Positions 27,686 through 36,192 of a DNA stretch of 64,000 bases are shown in pieces. Within the stretch, counting starts at the first letter, position 1. Every line of letters begins with the position of its first letter. The DNA is from an uncultured Campylobacterales bacterium. Its GTDB lineage: Bacteria > Campylobacterota > Campylobacteria > Campylobacterales > JAADDG01. The notes below the pieces were generated by a model that made no database searches, was not told the origin of the DNA, and saw only the letters and a program-made list of their open reading frames with translations. Both the position numbers and the translations under genes were made by a program. The stretch covers positions 1,665 to 65,664 of the forward strand of contig CAYVDJ010000100.1 of assembly GCA_964450755.1 (NCBI GenBank), read 5' to 3'.

Positions 27686-27704
27686 GGATAAGGGAGTAAA
27701 TGAG
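27686..27704 (+). repeat. Direct repeat, right copy (GGATAAGGGAGTAAATGAG)
   Basis: Read directly. It is 1,766 bp downstream of the left copy and 76 nt upstream of the nnr start. Confidence 0.85.
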
Positions 27705-27779
27705 TTTGGAGTGTAAATTTCTCATTTAGGATTTTTAAAAAAATTTTGCTATTATCTCAAATAAAAACAGGGTGAGAAG

Positions 27780-29174
27780 ATGAAAAGAGTATTCAAAGAG
27801 GTATCTACACTAGATAGAAAATGTTACGAAAAGTTTGATCTGAGTGAAGATCTGTTGATGGAGCATGCGGCAGAGGCTATAAAGAGGGTTGTAGAGAGGT
27901 TTGACAAAGATAAAAAGGTTTTGATAGTTTCAGGTCCCGGTAACAACGGAGCTGATGGGATAACTCTGGCAAGACTGCTTCAGAAAGATTACGAAGTAAA
28001 ACTTTTACTCCCTTACGGGGCAAAATCAAAAATGGCAAAACTTCAACTCCAAAGAGCCAAAAAAGTGGAAGTACAGGAGGTGGATAAGGTAGAAGATGCC
28101 GATATCGTAGTGGATGCTGTTTTTGGATCGGGGATGAACAGAGAGCTTGATGAAAAATGCGTAAAAATCATAGAAGAGTTAAATTCTCTTGATGCCTGTA
28201 AGATAGCCTGTGATATCCCAACCGGTATCGATATAAACGGCAATATCTCAAAAAATGCTTTCAATGCCGATATCACCGTTACAATGGGAGCTTTGAAAGA
28301 GGCTCTTTTTAGCGATTTTGCAAAAGACAGAGTAGGAGAGATAGAGATAGCCGATCTGGGAGTGAGTTCAAAGCTTTATGAAGATGAAAGCGATGTTTTT
28401 TTGCTCGAAAAATCGGATCTGAAACTTCCTCTCAGAGAGAAAAAAAGTTCCCACAAAGGAGATTTTGGTCATCTTGGCGTGGTATGCGGCAGAAAGCACG
28501 GAGCGGGGATCATAGCCTCAAAGGCGGCTTTTGTTTTTGGTGCGGGTTTGGTTACGATCATCAGTAACGACTCTTTGGAAGTGCCTTATGAGATCATGCA
28601 CAGCAGCACTTTGCCAAAAAGATGTAACGGAGTCTGTATCGGAATGGGACTTGGATATCAGTATGATGATGAACTGTTGCATGATTTTGTGATAAATCAT
28701 CCTCATCCGGTTGTTATAGATGCTGATATATTTTATCACGAATTTATAGTTGAGATTTTACAAAAAAAGAGAAATATCATCCTGACTCCTCATCCAAAGG
28801 AGTTCTCTTCACTTTTGAAACTGACTTGTATTGCAGATTTGGGTGTTGATGAGATACAAAAAAGGCGTTTTGAACTGGTTAGAGAGTTTTGTTCCAAATT
28901 CAAAGATGTTGTACTGCTTTTGAAAGGTTCAAATACGCTTATCGGGCAGAATGAAAAAATTTTTATCAATCCCCACGGTACAAATGCCCTCAGCAAAGGG
29001 GGAAGCGGAGATGTTTTAAGCGGGATGATAGGCTCTTTGAGTGTTCAGGGATACTCCACTCTTCAAGCGGCGATAAACGGCTCTTTGGCTCATGCTTTGA
29101 GTGCCAAAAGTTACGCTGAAAACAACTACTCTTTGACTCCTTTTGATATCATAGAGGGTTTGAAATGTCTTTAA
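27780..29174 (+). CDS. nnr: Bifunctional NAD(P)H-hydrate repair enzyme (epimerase + ADP-dependent dehydratase)
   Basis: 464 aa. YjeF-N motif SGPGNNGADG and C-terminal carbohydrate-kinase motif GGSGDVLSG. Confidence 0.9.
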   Translation: MKRVFKEVSTLDRKCYEKFDLSEDLLMEHAAEAIKRVVERFDKDKKVLIVSGPGNNGADGITLARLLQKDYEVKLLLPYGAKSKMAKLQLQRAKKVEVQEVDKVEDADIVVDAVFGSGMNRELDEKCVKIIEELNSLDACKIACDIPTGIDINGNISKNAFNADITVTMGALKEALFSDFAKDRVGEIEIADLGVSSKLYEDESDVFLLEKSDLKLPLREKKSSHKGDFGHLGVVCGRKHGAGIIASKAAFVFGAGLVTIISNDSLEVPYEIMHSSTLPKRCNGVCIGMGLGYQYDDELLHDFVINHPHPVVIDADIFYHEFIVEILQKKRNIILTPHPKEFSSLLKLTCIADLGVDEIQKRRFELVREFCSKFKDVVLLLKGSNTLIGQNEKIFINPHGTNALSKGGSGDVLSGMIGSLSVQGYSTLQAAINGSLAHALSAKSYAENNYSLTPFDIIEGLKCL

Positions 29175-29743
29175 AAAAGGTAGCGGTTTTATTCAGCGGT
29201 GAGGGAACAAATCTGGAAAATCTCATCAAAAAACTGCATCTGAAAAGTTTTGATGATCTAAAAGTTGAGATTGTGGCTGCCGTTACAAACAACCCCGAAG
29301 CAAACGGTATCAAAAGGGCTGAAAAATACGGTATAAAAACCGTTATCTTGGATCATAAAAAATATAAAAACAGAGAGAGTTTTGATAAAGCTCTTGTTGA
29401 AAAGATTTTTTCACTCGATGTTGATCTTTGCATTTTAGCCGGTTTTATGCGTATTCTCACTCCAATATTTACAAAAAATATAAAAGCAGTCAATATCCAT
29501 CCCTCCCTTTTGCCGCTTTTTAGAGGAGCGGGAGCGATAGAGAAAAGCTTTGAGTCTGATATGAAAGTAGCCGGTGTTACGGTTCATCTTGTCAGTGAAG
29601 AGCTTGACGGGGGAGAGATCATCGATCAGGAGTGTTTTAAAAAAGATGAAAAGATGAGTCTGGAAGAGTTTGAGATGAAAATACACTCCATAGAGTATGA
29701 GCTTTTTCCAAAAGCCGTTTTAAAAGTTTTAAGAGATTTTTAG
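29165..29743 (+). CDS. purN: Phosphoribosylglycinamide formyltransferase
   Basis: 192 aa with VLFSGEGTNL, LAGFMRIL, NIHPSLLP and TVHLV motifs. Confidence 0.9.
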   Translation: MSLKKVAVLFSGEGTNLENLIKKLHLKSFDDLKVEIVAAVTNNPEANGIKRAEKYGIKTVILDHKKYKNRESFDKALVEKIFSLDVDLCILAGFMRILTPIFTKNIKAVNIHPSLLPLFRGAGAIEKSFESDMKVAGVTVHLVSEELDGGEIIDQECFKKDEKMSLEEFEMKIHSIEYELFPKAVLKVLRDF

Positions 29744-29745
29744 TT

Positions 29746-29777
29746 GTTTGGTGTGTAAATAAAGTTACACACCAAAC
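29746..29777. terminator. Perfect 13-bp hairpin between convergent purN and the MCP gene
   Basis: GTTTGGTGTGTAA-ataaag-TTACACACCAAAC. There is no flanking U/A tract on either side, so any terminator function is inferred from position only. Confidence 0.5.
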
Positions 29778-29787
29778 AGGAGTAAAT

Positions 29788-31455
29788 CTATCTTTTAAGT
29801 ATTTCAAATCCTGTGCTTAATGTCTGAAGTTTTTCACTCTCTATACTAATGTTTTCCATAATATCCTTAATATTTTTACTGTTTTTTTCTATAACTTTAC
29901 CTTTTTGATCAGTTAAGTCTATTTTTGAACTGATATTTTGGAGATATGTGGATTGAGAGTTAAATTCATCTTCAAAACGGTTGATGGTTATAATTGTATC
30001 ATTTAGTAATTTTTCCGTATCAGAAAAATTTTTATTGATATTTTTACCGCTGTTTAAAAAAGTTTCAAAACTCTCTCTTGTCGCATTTGCATTTTTGGTA
30101 ACAGTCTGGATATTATTTTGCATTGTTTCTACAATTTGAGAGATATTGTTTGCATTGGTTTGGGATATTTCTGCAAGTTCTCTGACTTTATCGGCAACGA
30201 CTGCAAAACTTCTGCCGTGTTTACCGGCTCTTGCTGCTTCAATGGCGGCATTCAAAGCGATAAGATTTGTCTCTTCTGCTATACTCCCTATGATATCTAT
30301 CGTTTGGTCTATATTTTTGGAGTGTTTTTTCAACTCATCTATAGCCTCTATTGTTTCATCCAAAGCTTTATAGGTACTGTTTGCCTCTTTATTGTTTTTT
30401 TCCAGAATTGTTCTTGTTTTTTTGATGTCTTTTATCGTATTGTTTGATTCTTCTCCCATTTTTGAGAGTACTTCTTTTAATGTACGGTTTTTCTCCCATA
30501 CTTTGGCAGTGAATTCTTTTATCTGTTTTAACTGTTTGCTTTGTTCATTTACTCTTTGATAATTTTCACTCATTTTGGATATGCCGTAAGAGCTTTTATC
30601 AACTACACTGTTTGCCTGTTCTACAACATGGTCTATAACCGGTTTTATGGAATGAGACATGTCATTTAAAGAATAAAAAAGTTTGTCTATCTCGTTTTTG
30701 TTATTTTTATTGACCCTCTCTTCTTTCATGATATCATCTATCTTAAAATTACCATTTTCTATTCTTTTCATTGCTTTTGTAAGTTTTGTCAGTCTTGCAG
30801 CCACCTCTTTATGAAAAAGGAGTAAGACTACAGCCATAACAAAGATAATGTTAAAAGACCAGCCGGTTATTATTGTTAAAAAAGATTTTTGTAAATCCGT
30901 TAAAAAATTTTTCAAATCTATCTTAACATTTTCTATTGCGATTATTTCTCCCTCTTTCCATGAAGGATGGCACATTTTGCATTCTTTTTCGGCTGTTATA
31001 GGGCGGGATACCATAAAATAACTTTTATTATTAAATTCTATATTTGTAGAATGCTCTTTTATTTTTCTATTTTTTTTGAAATATTCTATTTCGTTTATCT
31101 CAAACGGCAGTGCTTTGTTTTTTGGGTTGGTAGGGTTTATGGAAGCCTCTTTAAAAAATACTTCTCCTTTGGAAATATCAGTGAATTTATCGAAAATTTC
31201 ATTTTGAATCTGCTGGGGAATTTCACTGCTCTGACCGGAAAAAAATTTTTCATTTCTACTTTCCAACAATACATCTGCAAAATTTAATATGGATTTTGCT
31301 TTTGAATAAAGTTTCTCCTCCAACGCCGTTTTGTTTTGAGTATATAGATAGTAATAGGAAACAGATGTTATAGATACTATAACTCCCAAAAGAATTATAG
31401 CAAACATGAGTCCTAGTTTTATACTTCTCAGGCGATACATTATAAATCCAAACAT
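29788..31455 (-). CDS. Methyl-accepting chemotaxis protein with periplasmic CxxCH (haem-c) sensor domain
   Basis: 555 aa with two TM segments (about aa 14-37 and 184-206). The periplasmic domain ends ...[17 protein letters not shown]-like linker, then MCP signalling core [18 protein letters not shown]. Confidence 0.85.
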   Translation of the reverse strand: MFGFIMYRLRSIKLGLMFAIILLGVIVSITSVSYYYLYTQNKTALEEKLYSKAKSILNFADVLLESRNEKFFSGQSSEIPQQIQNEIFDKFTDISKGEVFFKEASINPTNPKNKALPFEINEIEYFKKNRKIKEHSTNIEFNNKSYFMVSRPITAEKECKMCHPSWKEGEIIAIENVKIDLKNFLTDLQKSFLTIITGWSFNIIFVMAVVLLLFHKEVAARLTKLTKAMKRIENGNFKIDDIMKEERVNKNNKNEIDKLFYSLNDMSHSIKPVIDHVVEQANSVVDKSSYGISKMSENYQRVNEQSKQLKQIKEFTAKVWEKNRTLKEVLSKMGEESNNTIKDIKKTRTILEKNNKEANSTYKALDETIEAIDELKKHSKNIDQTIDIIGSIAEETNLIALNAAIEAARAGKHGRSFAVVADKVRELAEISQTNANNISQIVETMQNNIQTVTKNANATRESFETFLNSGKNINKNFSDTEKLLNDTIITINRFEDEFNSQSTYLQNISSKIDLTDQKGKVIEKNSKNIKDIMENISIESEKLQTLSTGFEILKR

Positions 31456-31612
31456 TTATAGTCCTTAAAATTAGGTTTTTTAATTTTCCTCCACGGTGTT
31501 AAATCGGATAATTTACTAAATAAATTTAATAATCAGTATTTTTCTATAATCCATAAGATAAAAAAAAGAAAAAATCTGATATAAAGTTTGAGTACTTATA
31601 AAAGGAGATATT

Positions 31613-32404
31613 ATGTCTGATATATTGAAAATAGGAAAGTATGAGTTTACAAGCAGATTGATAGTGGGAAGCGGGAAATATCCTGATTTCAGAACAACGG
31701 CAGATGCCACTTTTGCAAGTGGTTCGCAGATGATAACCGTAGCGGTAAGAAGAGTAAATATAACAAATCCCGATGAAGAAAATCTGATGGACTATTTCAA
31801 AGACTCTGATGTGCAGATATTGCCAAATTCCGCAGGATGTACGACTGCTGATGACGCAATTACGCTTTTTAGGATGGTAAAAGAGGCTGTCGGAATAGAT
31901 ATTATAAAGATGGAAGTTATAGGAGATACGGCAAAAACTCTATATCCCGATGTTATAGAAACACTAAAAGCCACTGAAGTTTTGGCAAAAGAGGGCTTTA
32001 CCGTTTTGGCTTATACAAATGATGATCCTATAATGGCAAAGAGGCTTGAGAGTGCGGGAGCAGCAGCCGTTATGCCTTTGGCAGCCCCGATAGGAAGCGG
32101 TCTTGGGATACAAAACAGATACAATGTGCTTTTTATCAAAGAGGCGGTTAAAGTTCCTGTTATCGTTGATGCCGGTATAGGATGCGCAAGTGATGCCTCT
32201 ATCGCTATGGAGATAGGAGCGGATGCCGTTTTGACAAATACCGCCATAGCACAGGCAAAAAATCCTGTAATGATGGCAGAAGCGATGAAACATGCCGTGA
32301 TTGCGGGGAGAATGAGTTATCTTGCAGGAAGAATTTCCAAAAAACCTTTTGCTACGGCAAGTTCTCCGACGGAAGGATTGATAGAATTTAATCCAAATGA
32401 ATAA
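31613..32404 (+). CDS. thiG: Thiazole synthase
   Basis: 263 aa with [26 protein letters not shown] and VDAGIG motifs. Confidence 0.93.
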   Translation: MSDILKIGKYEFTSRLIVGSGKYPDFRTTADATFASGSQMITVAVRRVNITNPDEENLMDYFKDSDVQILPNSAGCTTADDAITLFRMVKEAVGIDIIKMEVIGDTAKTLYPDVIETLKATEVLAKEGFTVLAYTNDDPIMAKRLESAGAAAVMPLAAPIGSGLGIQNRYNVLFIKEAVKVPVIVDAGIGCASDASIAMEIGADAVLTNTAIAQAKNPVMMAEAMKHAVIAGRMSYLAGRISKKPFATASSPTEGLIEFNPNE

Positions 32405-32430
32405 AAAAAGAGAAATTTTTCTCTTTTTTT
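32405..32430 (+). terminator. AT-rich hairpin plus T-tract after thiG
   Basis: AAAAAGAGAAA-tt-TTTCTCTTTTT followed by TT. Only 2 G:C pairs, so the stem is weak. Confidence 0.4.
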
Positions 32431-32431
32431 A

Positions 32432-32460
32432 TTGACAAAAGAGAGAAATTGATGTAAAAT
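32432..32460 (+). promoter_or_regulatory. Sigma70-type promoter of the six-tRNA cluster
   Basis: TTGACA (32432-32437), 17-nt spacer, TAAAAT (32455-32460). It lies 24 nt upstream of tRNA-Pro. Confidence 0.55.
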
Positions 32461-32483
32461 CACAACCTCAAAACTAAATTATT

Positions 32484-32561
32484 CGGGGTGTAGCGCAGCC
32501 TGGTTAGCGCACCTGGTTTGGGACCAGGGGGTCGAAGGTTCGAATCCTTTCACCCCGACCA
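32484..32561 (+). tRNA. tRNA-Pro (TGG), CCA encoded
   Basis: Folded by hand. Acceptor CGGGGTG/CACCCCG, anticodon loop TTTGGGA. Confidence 0.93.
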
Positions 32562-32590
32562 TTAAAAATTGAATTTGGTTTTGAAAAGAC

Positions 32591-32668
32591 GGTGGGTGTA
32601 GCTCAGTTGGTTAGAGCATCAGGTTGTGGCTCTGAGGGTCGTGGGTTCGATTCCCATCACTCACCCCA
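32591..32668 (+). tRNA. tRNA-His (GTG) with G-1, CCA encoded
   Basis: Extra 5' G pairs with C73. Anticodon loop TTGTGGC. Confidence 0.93.
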
Positions 32669-32698
32669 TTGATATGAGCCGTTGAGTTATTTTCCTAT

Positions 32699-32771
32699 GG
32701 ATCATTAGCTCAGTTGGTAGAGCAACGGATTCTTAATCCGTGGGCCGTAGGTTCAAACCCTACATGATCCA
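32699..32771 (+). tRNA. tRNA-Lys (CTT), CCA not encoded
   Basis: Acceptor GGATCAT/ATGATCC, anticodon loop TTCTTAA. The 3' flank is CAG. Confidence 0.92.
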
Positions 32772-32782
32772 CAGTTTAAGAT

Positions 32783-32856
32783 GCGCCCGTAGCTCAATTG
32801 GATAGAGCAACGGACTTCGGATCCGTAGGTTATAGGTTCGACTCCTATCGGGCGTG
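32783..32856 (+). tRNA. tRNA-Arg (TCG), CCA not encoded
   Basis: Acceptor GCGCCCG/CGGGCGT (G1:U72), anticodon loop CTTCGGA. Confidence 0.92.
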
Positions 32857-32883
32857 CTTGTTAACGCCTTTGATTTTGATTAT

Positions 32884-32960
32884 GCGCTCGTAGCTCAGCT
32901 GGATAGAGCAACGGCCTTCTAAGCCGTAGGTCTCAGGTTCGAATCCTGACGGGCGTACCA
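32884..32960 (+). tRNA. tRNA-Arg (TCT), CCA encoded
   Basis: Acceptor GCGCTCG/CGGGCGT, anticodon loop CTTCTAA. Confidence 0.92.
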
Positions 32961-32968
32961 TTTTTTTA

Positions 32969-33053
32969 GCGGATGTGGTGAAATTGGTAGACACGCCAGA
33001 CTTAGGATCTGGTGCCGCAAGGTGTGGAGGTTCGAGTCCTCTCATCCGCACCA
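32969..33053 (+). tRNA. tRNA-Leu (TAG), long variable arm, CCA encoded
   Basis: Acceptor GCGGATG/CATCCGC, anticodon loop CTTAGGA, 13-nt variable arm. Confidence 0.93.
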
Positions 33054-33072
33054 TTTCTAACTATATGATGAT

Positions 33073-34533
33073 TTACAGTCTGACTACCCTTTTTTCATCC
33101 TCTTTGATAAATTCCAAAAGCTCTTTGCAAAAATCAGAATAGCATACGATATTTTTTCTGCCTATATGATCACTGTGTTTGTATTGTAGTCTTAAATAGT
33201 CCTGATTTTTATGTTTCAAAAAGAGTATTCCGCTGAAATAAAATTTTTTACTGTTTAAAAAATCCACTATTTCGTCTATACACTCGATCATTTCCATATT
33301 TATATCGGCATAAATCATATCGCTGTGTTTTGCTCTTGCATGATCCAACAAAAGAGAGAATTTTTTCTCAAACTGATCTCCTGTCCTGTCGATAACCAAA
33401 ACCGCTGTATTTGAGAGAGGATCATTAAAATAGGCGAATTTTGAATATTTGTCTCTTTTTGGAGAGCATACAAGCTGTTTATATGAGATGTTTTTACATT
33501 TTTTGTAAATAGATTTTATTTTCTCCTCATAGATTTTAGGAATATGGATTCTTTTTTCTATAGGTTTGAAAATCCTGTATCCTATCAAAACAGAACCCCT
33601 TTGTGATACAAAAGAGAGAGGATTGTTTTTTAGTCTTGTATCTTCATTTACTCTTCCCATAACCAAAGCACTTTCGCAAAATCCGTGAGAGAGATTGCTT
33701 TTTTGGCTGTAAATATGAACCATAATCGCTTCTCCGAAAATCGCATCAAATTCCAATTTTTCAGCCCATTTTATCAAAGCATCAAACATTTTGTTCATAA
33801 TGCCTCTTCCCTTGTACAGAGGATCAACTACAACTATACCGACTTCGGCAATATTTGAATCATAAGATTTTACAAGTGCAAAATGACCTACAATTTTGCT
33901 GTTTGTCTGAGCGACGATGGAGAAAAATTTTTTGCCTTCGTTTTGAGCTATTTTTTTGGGATAATAGAAAAGATCTTTTAGATATGTATATCCGTAATTT
34001 CGGTAAATCAGTCTTGATATACTCTCTTCGTCCCCCTTTTTATACTCTCTTATTACTATATTTTCATCACCTGTTGTTATATCCTTTTTTTGATGCTCTT
34101 TATTCTCCTCTTTTAACTTTTCTCCTGTGTGAGGATGAGATAAAAATTTTATAATAGAAAATTTTTTTCCCTCTTTTCCGAGATTGAAATAGTCAAACTG
34201 GTCTGTCAGTTTATAGATTCTGTTAAAACCTTTGTCCTCTTTTAGATTGATAGGAACGGCTCTTGGTTTTATATGGGATATCGGTTCTCCCCAGTCTCTG
34301 ACATCCACTCTGATACCGTTGTCAAAAGAGGTGATGTCAATCTCTATCAGACCTTCTTGCATTTTATATGCGTGTATGATGGAGTTTTCTACAAGTTCTT
34401 TTACCGCCTCTATAATCTTTTTTCGCTCTTTTTTTGAAAAACCGATTTTTGAGGAGATATCCTCAATAGCCATATTTACGATAGAAAAATATTCTCTTTG
34501 GCTTGGTATTTTGATCATAACGCTCTTTTTCAT
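33073..34533 (-). CDS. Fusion protein: RsbW/SpoIIAB-like GHKL (HATPase) domain, GNAT acetyltransferase, and an uncharacterised C-terminal domain
   Basis: 486 aa. N-box-like AVKELVENSIIHAY and IRVDVRDWGEPI (about aa 1-135). GNAT core IVGHFALV...VVVDPLYKGRGIMNKMF (about aa 160-300). The last 190 aa or so are unassigned. Confidence 0.7.
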   Translation of the reverse strand: MKKSVMIKIPSQREYFSIVNMAIEDISSKIGFSKKERKKIIEAVKELVENSIIHAYKMQEGLIEIDITSFDNGIRVDVRDWGEPISHIKPRAVPINLKEDKGFNRIYKLTDQFDYFNLGKEGKKFSIIKFLSHPHTGEKLKEENKEHQKKDITTGDENIVIREYKKGDEESISRLIYRNYGYTYLKDLFYYPKKIAQNEGKKFFSIVAQTNSKIVGHFALVKSYDSNIAEVGIVVVDPLYKGRGIMNKMFDALIKWAEKLEFDAIFGEAIMVHIYSQKSNLSHGFCESALVMGRVNEDTRLKNNPLSFVSQRGSVLIGYRIFKPIEKRIHIPKIYEEKIKSIYKKCKNISYKQLVCSPKRDKYSKFAYFNDPLSNTAVLVIDRTGDQFEKKFSLLLDHARAKHSDMIYADINMEMIECIDEIVDFLNSKKFYFSGILFLKHKNQDYLRLQYKHSDHIGRKNIVCYSDFCKELLEFIKEDEKRVVRL

Positions 34534-34536
34534 TTT

Positions 34537-35730
34537 TTATCCCTTCTTTAATGCTTCCAAAGCAGCAGAAGCCATTATTTTCATGCCGATTTTTAAAGCC
34601 TCGTCATCAACATCAAAGCGGCTGTTGTGTTGGGATTCACAGGTTTTTTTATCTTTGTTGCAGGTACCGAGTCTGAAAAATGCTCCTTTGACTGTTTGCA
34701 GATACTCTGAAAAATCCTCTCCTCCCATTACAGGATCAATCAAATCTATACAGTTTTCCTCTCCTATGATTTTTTTTGCCTCATTTACCAGGATATCCAC
34801 CGCTTCTTTATCATTTATCAGTTCCGGCTGTCCGTAAATATAGTCAAAATTATATTTGGCTCCCATCGATTTGCAGATGCCTTTTATCGACTCTTCCATC
34901 ATAAGAGGTATGGCTTTTCTTATTTTTTCATTGACAGTTCTTACGGTTCCTTTCAGGATAACATGATCACAGATGATATTGGGCGCTCTTCCTCCCTCTA
35001 CTGTTCCGAGGGTAATAACAGCCGGATGAAGAGGATCTATCCTTCTTGATACGATATGATTTAAAGAATTTACGATGATAGAAGTAACAAGTATCGCATC
35101 TACTCCCTCATGAGGTCTTGCTCCATGTGCCGATTTGCCGAAAATCTCTATCGTAAAAACATCTGCAGATGCCATCATTACACCGTATTTGTAGCCTATC
35201 TGACCTGTTTTTAGATAGGGGTATGCGTGAAGAGCAAAGATCATCTCTACGCCCTCAAGTGCTTTGTCTTCTATCATTTGCAAACTTCCTCCCTCCTTGC
35301 TCTCTTCGGAAGGTTGAAAGATAAATCTGATATTTCCCTCTATCTTGTCTCTAAAAGGGGCTATTGCCATTGCTGTACCAAGCGCAATGGCTGTATGGCT
35401 GTCGTGTCCACAGGCGTGCATAACGCCTTTGACCTGGGAGGTATAGGGTTTTCCTGTCCTCTCTTCGATAGGAAGAGCGTCCATATCGGCTCTTAATGCA
35501 ACTGTTTTTTCTCCCTCTTTATGCGGTTTGAGATCTGCTATGAGACCAAAATGTCTGTCTGATTCTTTTATCTGATAGCCGTTTGCTTCAAGTATTCCTT
35601 TTACAAGATACTTTGTATGCTCTTCATGACCTGAAAGTTCGGGATGTCTGTGAAGATCATGCCTTATCTCCACAACTGCATGATCTATCTTTTCTATCAT
35701 TTCAAAAATCTCTTTTTTTATCTTTTGCAT
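34537..35730 (-). CDS. M20D-family amidohydrolase (N-acyl-amino-acid deacylase / hippuricase-like)
   Basis: 397 aa with HRHPELSGHE, ALRADMDALP, HACGHD and FQPSEE metal-ligand motifs. It ends 3 nt before the GNAT-fusion start. Confidence 0.85.
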   Translation of the reverse strand: MQKIKKEIFEMIEKIDHAVVEIRHDLHRHPELSGHEEHTKYLVKGILEANGYQIKESDRHFGLIADLKPHKEGEKTVALRADMDALPIEERTGKPYTSQVKGVMHACGHDSHTAIALGTAMAIAPFRDKIEGNIRFIFQPSEESKEGGSLQMIEDKALEGVEMIFALHAYPYLKTGQIGYKYGVMMASADVFTIEIFGKSAHGARPHEGVDAILVTSIIVNSLNHIVSRRIDPLHPAVITLGTVEGGRAPNIICDHVILKGTVRTVNEKIRKAIPLMMEESIKGICKSMGAKYNFDYIYGQPELINDKEAVDILVNEAKKIIGEENCIDLIDPVMGGEDFSEYLQTVKGAFFRLGTCNKDKKTCESQHNSRFDVDDEALKIGMKIMASAALEALKKG

Positions 35731-35775
35731 CTTCTCTCTCCTTCATGAAATTCTAAATATATTATACTCCATATA

Positions 35776-35784
35776 TGCTATAAT
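35776..35784 (+). promoter_or_regulatory. Extended -10 element TGCTATAAT upstream of ridA
   Basis: Read directly. It ends 1 nt before the track's TTG start (35785), which argues for the ATG at 35818 as the true ridA start. Confidence 0.4.
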
Positions 35785-35817
35785 TTGAAAATTCAATTTT
35801 TAATAAAAGGGCAGATT

Positions 35818-36192
35818 ATGGAATATATTTCAACACAAAAAGCGCCAGAAGCGATAGGTCCCTACTCTCAAGCCGTAAAGATAGGAGAGATGATCTATAC
35901 TTCGGGACAGATTGCTTTGATCCCCCACGGCGAATTTCTGGAAAGCGGTATAGAAGAGCAGACGGTTCAGGTTTTGACAAATCTGCAAAATGTTCTAAAG
36001 GCTGCCGGAAGTGATCTAAACCATGTGATAAAAACCACCATTTTTTTAGCCCATATGGCTGATTTTGAGGTTGTAAATGAAGTTTATGCAAATTTTTTCA
36101 AAGATCACAAACCGGCAAGAAGTACGGTTGCAGTCAGAACTCTTCCGAAAAATGCGTTGATTGAGATAGAGGCGATAGCGATAGCAAAATAG
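35818..36192 (+). CDS. ridA: RidA/YjgF-family reactive-intermediate deaminase
   Basis: 124 aa starting at the ATG. APEAIGPYSQA, PARSTV and IEIEAIA motifs. Confidence 0.9.
   Translation: MEYISTQKAPEAIGPYSQAVKIGEMIYTSGQIALIPHGEFLESGIEEQTVQVLTNLQNVLKAAGSDLNHVIKTTIFLAHMADFEVVNEVYANFFKDHKPARSTVAVRTLPKNALIEIEAIAIAK

Larger units (their letters stand above)
25939..27704. mobile_element. Putative integrated hipBA islet (or remnant) bounded by the 19-bp direct repeats; no recombinase inside
   Basis: The duplicated target-gene 3' end flanks only hipB-hipA plus about 260 bp of non-coding DNA. Housekeeping genes comM and nnr lie on either side. Confidence 0.4.

Noticed and set aside
31456-31612. Possible TPP riboswitch upstream of thiG.
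   Set aside because: The conserved TPP-aptamer elements (CUGAGA, and ACCUGAUCUGGAUAAUGCCAGCG-like) are absent. The region is AT-rich promoter-like DNA shared with the divergent MCP gene.
32845-33054. 69-aa minus-strand ORF in the track.
   Set aside because: It is the reverse complement of three tRNA genes (Arg-TCG 3' end, Arg-TCT, Leu-TAG) and is not a protein-coding gene.
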